A stretch of DNA of 64,000 nucleotides from a virus. Position 1 is the first letter of the stretch; each line of letters starts with the position of its first letter. This document shows positions 1 to 10,400 of this stretch, in pieces. Where the stretch lies: the IMG/VR virus record IMGVR_UViG_3300042558_005646; one strand, given 5' to 3'. The position numbers and the translations under genes were made by a program. The notes under the pieces were generated by a model. That model saw only the letters and a list, made by a program, of their open reading frames with translations, did not search any database and was not told the DNA's origin.

Positions 1-1452
1 TTTGTCTGCGCTTGTGTAATTTGGAAATTTTATAGGAACTATATCAGAAAATTGATTTGCGTCTAATCTAAAGTCCTTAAAATATGAAATGTTTTTATCT
101 TTTGGATTTGATTCATTAAATCCAGTAGACCTTGGAGATGCATTTATCATATAAGCTGATTTTTCAAAATGTTTTTTTACTACATCGACAAACGCTTTTA
201 CATCTGGAATTTTTGACCCAGAATACTTGAACTCAGCAACAATATAGTTTTCTTTAGAATTCGCTGGTTGATCATTATTGTAATTATTAAAAATAATTGC
301 TGAATATCTAAATTTGAGATTGCAATTGCTCATCGTCATAACTATTGAAGTGGCTGGATTAAAATAAACTTCTCTTCCACTAAAATTTATAATAGTGTTC
401 CATTTTGTGATGTCAGGACTAAAACCTATAAGCATGTTTGGTCCTGCGAAATGCACAAACAAATCATAGGATGACATTGTAGTTGAATCTAGTACTGGAG
501 CAATTACATCAGTTTGTATCAAAAACTGATTTGTATCTGGATCATAAATTTTTATGACAGGTTTTTTATTTAATTCAAAAATAATGGCCATACTACATAT
601 AAAATCATTATTTTTATCTGGTATCCCACCAGCTACAAGTACTGTGATAGAAGATGTTGATTCTTGAAAATTTGATATTGAAAAATTTATGTGAAATCCA
701 TTGTTGCCTAAAGTTCCTCTAGCCAATATCGGTTCTTTGTTGCCATCTGGATTTACAATTTCCGCATTTGTTTGATATACAGCATCAAAAGAAGTTGGAA
801 AATATCTCATTATTTGCGTAACTGTTTTTATTGAAGTTACTTCTACTTGAGCTCCATATGTTGGATCTTTTATTGTTCTGAGTGTTCCTGTATTTTTACC
901 CTTGATTGCTGGACCAATATATTTATAAGCCTCTTTTGTAACTGGGGATAAGTCTGGATTGACAGTATTCCATATGTTGTAAGTGACCAGAGTATTTCCT
1001 TCACCTGTAAATGGAATTTTTGGAAATTGAGGGGTGCTTTGATCTACAGGCGCTGTAACAGTACCAGTAGTGGGAGATCCAATAAAAACAGGATCGTAAA
1101 GTTCTTTTGAAGGACCTTTGAGTAAGTTTAAGAATGGATCAACTTCGTCAGGAGCAATTGAGCCCCAAGCAAAAGTGCAAGATGATGCACTTATAGATGT
1201 ATTTACTTCTGGAATTCTAGCATTTTGCAGCGATGACAAAACTTTAAGTCTAGTGCTATATTTTGGTTCAGAATTACCTTCACTATCAGTGTACGTAGGG
1301 TTGAAGTCGTAGTTTAATACAGCTAGATTATCTTGAGCTTTTGTCGCAGAAGAAGCTGAGTATTCTCCAGAAAAAAATCCACTTTCTGGTGCATTCAAAA
1401 TACTTAAAGTAACATTTGTTTTAAGTTGTCGTGGATCTGGGGAAAGGTTCAT
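1..1452 (-). CDS. Partial (3'-truncated by window edge) hypothetical virion/baseplate-region protein, at least 484 aa
   Basis: Not in the ORF track. ATG at 1452 opens a frame (MNLSPDPRQLKTNVTLSILNAPESG...NFPNYTSADK) that is stop-free to base 1. Directly downstream of and co-oriented with the 3469-aa gene. Beta-rich, S/T/N-rich composition like neighbouring structural proteins. Confidence 0.8.
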   Translation of the reverse strand, partial: MNLSPDPRQLKTNVTLSILNAPESGFFSGEYSASSATKAQDNLAVLNYDFNPTYTDSEGNSEPKYSTRLKVLSSLQNARIPEVNTSISASSCTFAWGSIAPDEVDPFLNLLKGPSKELYDPVFIGSPTTGTVTAPVDQSTPQFPKIPFTGEGNTLVTYNIWNTVNPDLSPVTKEAYKYIGPAIKGKNTGTLRTIKDPTYGAQVEVTSIKTVTQIMRYFPTSFDAVYQTNAEIVNPDGNKEPILARGTLGNNGFHINFSISNFQESTSSITVLVAGGIPDKNNDFICSMAIIFELNKKPVIKIYDPDTNQFLIQTDVIAPVLDSTTMSSYDLFVHFAGPNMLIGFSPDITKWNTIINFSGREVYFNPATSIVMTMSNCNLKFRYSAIIFNNYNNDQPANSKENYIVAEFKYSGSKIPDVKAFVDVVKKHFEKSAYMINASPRSTGFNESNPKDKNISYFKDFRLDANQFSDIVPIKFPNYTSADK

Positions 1453-1464
1453 ATATTAATTATA
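1452..1464 (-). promoter_or_regulatory. Putative -10 box for leaderless transcript (TATAAT-N6-ATG)
   Basis: Minus strand TATAAT (1464-1459) taatat ATG (1452); no Shine-Dalgarno. Confidence 0.45.
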
Positions 1465-1487
1465 AAATTTAAAGTGATGTTATACCT

Positions 1488-4400
1488 TTACCCAACTATT
1501 TGAGTAATTGGATAAATAGTAAGATTTGTAATAATTGGATACCCGTCAGGTCTAATAATTGTAAAAGATTGTCCAGATGGCTTGATATTAGATGCTAATA
1601 TGACTGAATGATTTCCACCAGCTGCAATATCATATGCTCCTATAACTCCAGCATTTGACAGAATTACATTTATTGGTACACCACTCTTAATATTTTCATT
1701 TCTAGAATTCGTATAGCTTTGTGCAAATCCCAAAGCTCCAAAAGAATTGTCTCCATATGGATAAAAATTATCTTGAGATAAAGCCAAAAGTCCAAGTGCT
1801 CCTGTTGAAACTTTTATATATGATTGCCCAGGATTTCTATAAGATGCCACCTGATATCCAACATTGAAAACAGGTATTTCATTAGTAGCGAAGCCATATG
1901 AAATAATACTTCTTTCTTCTGCTGGATCTTGAGAAGAAGCTATAATAATTATATTGTTCTCATATGTTGAGATATCATAAGCATATCCCCACCCTCTTAA
2001 ACTTGACAAACCACTAAACCAAACTATTTGATTATCTATGTCAAATGATATTCCAGTAACAAATCCCAAACCGTTATTAAATCCAACTTCTACTTTAAAA
2101 GGATTCAAATAATTTGTACTTCCAATATATTTATCAGGATTTGGATCTATATTGACTGGATAGAATCCTAAATTAGAAATTCCTAATTTATTAACATATC
2201 TAGATCTACCACTAACCCAAACTTGTTTATTGTCTATAAATGCAAGTATATAAGAGTTGCAAGATACATCAGCCAGACTGTTACTGGAAGCATAACTAAA
2301 TCCATTATTAGTATTCGATTTTTCCAATATTGGTTGAAATGAAAATATATTTGTCAAAGGTAAAGATTGACCAAATATTCCGTTTACATTGGAGCCACAA
2401 ACTAGTAAAACTCTTTTATTAATTGATGTGTCTTCAGCTATAATAGCCGAACATAAATCTCCAGCAGATACTTTGATTACCTTGTATTTTGCTGCCAAAG
2501 GAACCAAAGTAAGTGAATTCAACTGTGAAATGTTGGATGGAAATCCAAGCTGACCGTTGCTATTTGATCCACTTGCGTATAATTTTCCATCTATATCTAC
2601 CACAAAAGTATGGTAAAGACCAGCTTCAATGATTGTGTATTGTTTTGTATCATCTATCAACTGAAATCCATATCTATCAGGTGTATTACTTCCACTTGCA
2701 ATTGCTCCGTATAATGCTTGACCTGAAGAATATAGTTTATTTGCTAAAGGATTAGGTAGAACAGTAACGTTTACATCTACCGTATATCTTTGACCTAAAT
2801 TTGTTGCTGGGGTTGATGCAAGTTTTTGACTGTCAAATACTACAAGGCTAACAGTAAATATTCCAACCATGTTGAATTGATTTACAAATGTAGAATTAAA
2901 TCCAGACTTTACACCATTTATAGACCATTCGAAGGTTATATTTTTGGTATCTTCAGGATCATAAGATCTGGTTCCATCAAAGGTAAAAGTATCTCCAACT
3001 TTCAATTCAATATAACCAGTTATTCCTGGCTCATTACCCAAAATAGCAATTGGATTTTGATTTGCTAATGGCGGTGGTGGATTTGAGATGATAAACAGAG
3101 TTTTTGACACAGGATCTGATTCTAATCCCAAATTATCAAAAACAGATAAAGTTACTGTGTGATAACCAATTGAGCTAAATGATGTAGATAATGTTGGTGT
3201 GTTTGAATTTTGATTCACTCCATCTACAAGCCACTTATATCCATTTATAAATTGATTATTATCTGGATCATAACTTCCATTTGAAGTAAATAATACTGGA
3301 GTATTTATTTCAACTTGTGTAATACCTGGTGGCGTTGTGTCTAATACTGCAATTGGTTTATTATTTTTAACAATGTAATCTAGTGTTGCAGTATTACTAG
3401 CTCCCAAGTTATCGGTTACAGTTAATGAAACTTTATAAGTACCTGGCTGTGAATAAACTGTGTCCGTATTTACAAGACTTGATCTACTACCATTGCCAAA
3501 GTCCCATGAATAAATAAGTTCGCCACCAATATTATCAGGATCGTAACTTCCAGCTCCTGAAAAACTTACTGTCACTGGTGCTTGTCTTGTATTTGATTCT
3601 GGGTTTGCTCTAATTACTGAAACGGGTGGAATATTTTCTGGGTTTACCTTAACACCAATTGATGCAACATCACTCCAATCTCCATCATCATCTCTGACAC
3701 GTAAAGTTACAACATATGGAATAAATCTTGCTGTTGTAAATGTGTAAGTAAAAGTTTTGGTTATAAAAGGTGTGCTAGAAATACCATTCAAATACCATTC
3801 ATAATCAACTACTGTTCCATCCAAGTCATAAGAGTTTGAATCAAAAACAACAGTAAAAGGAGCTATTCCAGAAATAGTGTTATTGGATGGGGCAGTGTTT
3901 GTAGATATTACTGCAAATGGTTTTCTATTTAAAATGCTTACAACTTGAGATGATGTGTTTGATAATCCCATGTTGTCATAAACGGTTAAAGATGCTGTGT
4001 AATTTCTTTTACCCTTATTGTAAGATTTCTGCGGAGATTTTTGCAAAGGATCTCTTGTTGTAAAACTTGTTTCATCACCAAAATCCCAATCCCACCTGAC
4101 CAAATTATTTTCTGGATCTGTAGAATTATCTGAAAAATTAATTACATCAAAAGTAAAAGCATTATTTGGAGTAAATGAAAAAGATGATACTGGAGGCTGA
4201 TTATTTATAATTATAATTTTTTTAGAGTTTAATGTTTCTAAACTTTGGCCAGCTCTATTATCCGTCAAGGTAAGTTTTGCAGTAAATGTTCCAACCCTAT
4301 TGTAAGAATGTAAAATTGGGCCTGGAGTTGCAAATTGTTTTGAAGTTCCATCACCAAAATCTATTTGATATAAAACAATATTTCCATCTGGATCATACGA

Positions 4401-7400
4401 TCCAAGTGTGTCAAAAGTAAAAGTATCATTTATCACTCCAGAACTTTTATCAACATTTAAAATAGCAATGGGCAAAACATTATCAGCTGGTGTGACAATT
4501 ACTAAAACACTGGTTGTATTAGTGCCACCTGAATCATCTGTTACAGTTAGGTAAATTGTGTAAGAACCTTCTACTGTAAAATTAAAAGTTGCGTTTGGTG
4601 TGTTTGCAGAAAGTCCATTTGTTGTTGACCAGTTATATGAAACTATGATTCCATCTGGATCATAAGATGTATCACCGTTAAAAGTTAAACTGCCTGGAGC
4701 TTTAACGCTTAGAGACGTATAAGTAATGACTGCAACAGGATTTCTATTTGTAATTGTAATTTGTAAATTAGCTGTTGATGTGTCTCCGATATTGTCTGTT
4801 ACTGTCAAAGAAGCATTATATACACCAGGTTTAGTGTAAACATGGCTTTCTCTTGTACTGCCTTGAAGAATTTTATTTCCATCTCCAAAGTCCCAATTAT
4901 ATTTAGTAATACTCCCATCTAGATCATATGAATTATTACCAAAAAAGTTGACTTGTGTTTGAGACAAAGTTGGATTAGGAAAAGCTGATAATTCAGCCAC
5001 AGGTAAATTATTTTTAATATTTACTTCAAATATATAAGTATTTGTAAGATTTCCGTCATCTGTAACGGTGAGTTTAACTGGATATATACCAGATCTTGTA
5101 AATCTATGTGAAACAACTTTTTGATAGGTTTGAATATTGAAAAACAATGACGAATTAGCTTCAAATTCCCATAGCCATGAAACTATTTTTCCATCTAAAT
5201 CAGAAGAAAGATCAGTAAAGTTTATCACTGCTGGTGCCAAAATATTATTGATATCAACATTGAATAAAGCTATAGGTGGTTTGTTTGCAGGAGGTGAAAC
5301 AATTGTAATTTCGATAGAAGATGTAGCTGTTTTAATTTCTGTACCGTCAGCCAATCCATCATCACTTACAGTTAATCTAATTGTATACGTTCCAGGTAGA
5401 AAGTATGTATGAGTTGGGTTTTTAAGCAAACTATTTGTCGTCGAAAAAGTTTGTCCATCTCCAAAATTCCAATCCCATTTTGTTATAAAACCATCTGGGT
5501 CTATAGATATTTCGGTAAATTTTGCCTGTAAAGGTGTGAAACCAATTTGTGAACCAGAAATATTATTTATAATTGGAGGTAAGTTTATTAGTGGAGCAAC
5601 TATTACATTTTTTGTGATAGAACTAAATTTACCGCCGCTATCAGTTACTTTCAAAGTTACTTGATATGTACCAGCTATAGAATATGCGTGTGTAGGATTT
5701 TGAACAAGATCTGTAGAGCCATCACCAAAATCCCAACTCCACAAAGATATTATCCCATCAGAATCAGAAGATAGATCAGTAAATTCTACAATCAACTTTC
5801 TATTTTGTTGAGAAAAATTAAAGTTTGCAATGGGCGGATTATTTCCTGGAGGAGCAACTGTAATTTCAATTGTTCCTGAGACTTGAAGTCCTCCAGAATC
5901 AGTAACAGTAAGAACCACTCTGTATTTGCCAGGATCTGCATAAATGTGTTCTGGGTTTTGAACGTCAGCTGTTTGGTTATCTCCAAAATTCCAGCTCCAA
6001 GCAACTAATGGTCCTTCATCATCACTTGAAGTATCAGTAAATTTTACTTTTAAATTTGGACTATACGATGTTTGAGCCCAATTAAAAGATGGAGATGGTG
6101 GATTGTTGACGGTACCATCCACTGTAATAGTGGGTCCTATAAACTTACTTGAAATTCTTAGTAGGTTATCTCTTATAATCAAAGAAGGTGTAAATTTACC
6201 AGCTCTTGTGTAATCATAAGTAAAAGATTGATTATCGAATTTTATTGCAGTATTATCATCACCAAAATCCCACTGATAAAGTTGAATAAACGATCCGTCA
6301 TTAGCTGGAGAAGATTGATCCGTAAATGTCACACTCAAAGTAACTGAACCTGAAATTGGAGTGCCTGAAAATTTTGCTTGTGGCAATAAATTATTAACTG
6401 GCGCTGGGTTGACTGTAATAATTACTGTCGCTGGATCACTGCTAAATCCATTTGCATTGGTCACAACTAAAGATACTTTAAATTGTATAGGATCAGTTGT
6501 ATTATTTATAAATGTATGAGTTGGATTTTCTTCAGTTGACTGAGTATCGTCGCCAAAATTCCAAACATAAGTCAAAGCGCTTCCACTTGGATCGTAAGAA
6601 TTTGTTGATAAGAAACTTACAAATAATGCTGATTGACCACTGGTAGGATTTGCTGAAATATTAGCAATAGGTTTTGTATTTGTGATTGTATCTGTATTTG
6701 TGGAATCTGATGTATTGATACATTCAATATCAAACTTTCTTACGCCAAGTATTGATGCATATGGATTCAATAAAACAGCTTCTATGTTACATTTACCAGT
6801 ATCGTAAGCTACTATAACTTTTCCATTGTATTCTTGTTTTTTGCAACTTATTAAGGCTGGTTTGTGCTTAGGGACAGATGCATTAAATTCACTAGAAGAA
6901 TCATAGTATGTTATGATGTTTTTTCTATTTGATAATTCCAAGACCAATGGATCGTCAAGTCTTCCTTTTATCAAATGGAGCGTTTCATTGCGTTTCAAGT
7001 TCATGTCAACTGAATGCATAGCATGCTCAAAATAATAAATATTTCCATTGCACCAAAAAACAGATCTATGAAGACCCAGTTTTTCATCGTAATCTGATGT
7101 AAGACCATAAATATTGTAATCAGAATTAATTGTGTTTCCAGATAAAACGTCTAAGTCCAAAAGAGTATTTCTATCTTGAGCTTGGTAATTGGAAATTATT
7201 TTTAAATTTATTTTTCGTGGTGTCGCACTCATCGAATATGCAACAGCGTATTCTCTTGATGAAAGTTGCACAATTGTTGGGAAAGATGAATGAGCAGTAC
7301 CCGAAGAAGCTATTGGTTCTAATAATCTAAAATCTGAAGTAAATGTTGGTGCAACTCCATCTATGAAAATTGTCTTGTCTGTAAGTGGCGCAGTTATATT

Positions 7401-10400
7401 TGTAATATTAAGTGGTATTGATCTAACTAAAATTGCACCAGGATCAGCATAACCCACATTGAACAACTGTGCAGCTTGGTCAGTAATCAAATATGAATTT
7501 AGTTTTGTTGATTTAAATGCTTTTGATAATGTTGAAAAATTTGCATCAACTTTTGGTTCTCCTTGTATGTATGGATGCCAAGAAGCTTGATTTCTCATGT
7601 CAGTATTTGCTGATATAAGAGAATCATAATCGTGAGAGCTTGTTGAATTCTTTACTGAATTTCTTTCAGTCAACAAGAATGTATGAATTCTTTTTGTTTG
7701 ATTTATATGTAGTTCTGAAGAAATGAGAAATGGGAATTCACCTTTTAAAGTAATTCCTATACCTGTATTTACATTAAAACCCACAGGATATTTTTCGTAT
7801 TGTGTAGTGAAAAAAGAATCAGTTGTAATCACTGCAGTTTGATTTTCTTCACCAGTTTTTGTACTTGGAACTGTGTAAGCAATAACTATAGCTTGTTCAA
7901 ATCCTGATTCGCATGCAGTAAGATTTGTTGCTATGTTTGTTTTACCGCCCTTGAAAGATGTTCTTTCTCTTTTAGCTTGAGATAAATTCCTCACTGAACT
8001 TCTAAAATCTGATGGTGTTGGAAAATTTTTAGATTTTTCGAGTTCAATAAAATGGTCTCTTCTATTTTTTCCGTAAACACTACCAGTCTCGTAAAAACCA
8101 ATAATATCTGATTCAGAAGATCCTTTATTTTGTTGTGAAAATACTTCGATCAAGTTAGCTTTTCTTACATCTTCTACAGAACTTTTTCTTGGTGGCAAAA
8201 TAAGGCCATGTCCAGGAGCTCTTGCTATCAATCCACCTCTTAAATGCAACACTGATTCTTGTGCTGATCCATCTTGATTTCTCAAAGATGTATTGCCAAA
8301 TAAATCAGGCAAACCTGGAGGAAAATCACCATTAATTCTATGGAATATTGTTTGAGCGAGAATTATTCTAAGTTGATTTAAATCTATATCAATTGCTTTT
8401 TGATAAGTAGTACCACTGCCTGTAGTTTTTCCATTTGGTAAAGCTAATATGCCTCCACCAAATATCCATGAAGCATACCCAGTATCTGGATTCAGATACT
8501 CAGGATCCAGTTTATTGGTATAAATTCTATTACCAGTGATTGGGTCAACTGGATAAGATTTATTTGATTTTGTTGCAATCCATCCTGGGTGTCTTATAAC
8601 ATTGGTAGCTGAGTTATTTGTATCCAGCCATGATGGTGCAACATATTGATCAATTTTGTTAACATCGTTGCAAAAATCAGCAATAGATTTTGGAAATGGT
8701 GTCCAGTAGTCTACAGTTTCTGACTGTGTATGTTGCCATTCAATATCTCCCTCTTCTTCATCTCTAGCATCAGTGTTTTGTTGCCAAAATCTTCTCGTAA
8801 AATATTCAGTTGTAATTTTAGAAGAAGCATTGAATCTAGTTTTAGCTTCAAATGTATTATTGTTTCCTGAAATTACAAAATTAGCTTTAGAATTAGTTCT
8901 TGTTAATTTAGTCTCGCCCAATTCAATGAGAGGATTATCTAATTCAATTTTAGCAATTCTTGAAACTCCATAGTATGGACCATTAGTAGCTTCATCTTCT
9001 GGATAATCATCTATAGCATTTACTTCGTTTTGATTTGGGTCACGTGAAACTATATTTGTAAATAATGATGTGTCAAGAGGAAAAGTAAATTCCAATAACC
9101 TTGTTGGAACTACTGTAACCAAAGGGGCATTAGGAGAGAAAAAAGTGTAAACTCCGTTATTTGAAACAGCTATTCCAGCATAATTTGGTGGTGAATTCTT
9201 ATCAATCTTGGCGTATTCTAATGTAGCTCTAAATTTATTTTGTTGAATTTTGTCAATTTTCTTTATTTTTATTACACATGATCTAAAAGCATCATCTGTT
9301 TTTTTATCTAAGAATCCCAACCTAATGTTGCTTCCAGAAGGAAATACAATATTTCTGTCAAAACTACTTGGTAAAATAATTGTTATGTAATTCAATCCAT
9401 TGTCATTCAAACTGAAATATTCGTTAAACTTATAAGTTTTTCTAACCTTTGTTGATGGATTTTCAATAATAACACCATCATATGGATTGTTGTTTTGTTT
9501 TAAAAATTGAATTGGATTTGTAAAAATATTCAAATCTCCATCAGTATATTGTGCAACTGTTTTGCCCAAAATATCTGTTTCATCAGGGAATCCAGGATCA
9601 AAATCATAAACTTCAAACTCTTCAGTATATTCGCCTTTTTGATTTCTCAATAATAATTCATCTATAGACTTACCTGCTGTTAAGTCATTTTTTGGAATGT
9701 AAAGGTCTAATGTCCTAAAGTAATCAGGAATTATATCTTTTCTATTACCATTATCATCGTAAGTAAAACCATCAAGAGCATTAAATGGAGAAGCTAGTTT
9801 AATTTTTCCATTAAATACTCTTGGTCTTCCATAAATTATATTAGTACCACCTGAACTTGGAAATGCAGATGTATTTACTTCAAAGTAATCAATATTGGTT
9901 GATTTACTATCTGATAAATAAATTATTCCTGAGTTTTGGATTTGCTTCTTGACAACTTCGTTTATCCAAGTTTTTGATTCAATGCCGCTTTTTGGTTTAG
10001 TAATTATGAAATCATCACTAGGTTTATTTTCAGCAGACAATAGACCAAACGAGCTTACACTTAATGGTTTGGAAGTAGTGTAAGCATTAAGTCTAGGATA
10101 AGGAGAATCTTGATTATCTACATTATCGATTTTGTTATCAGGATTGCAAAGATCGATATATAAGTTTTGGAATGTAGATGAATTAGTTTTAATACTCCAA
10201 GTTTTTTTGTTAGTTAATGTAGTATTTTGTAAAGTTGTTGGGCCTTTGGAAATTTCTTCTATAGTAAATATGCCAGATTGTTGATCGTTATTCTTAGATT
10301 TAAGTTGTAAATTTAAGTATCTATAACCTGATAAGTTTTGATTGCCATAATAATTAGGCTCATTTCCATCGCCTAGAAAACTTCTTATATTTGATGTGCC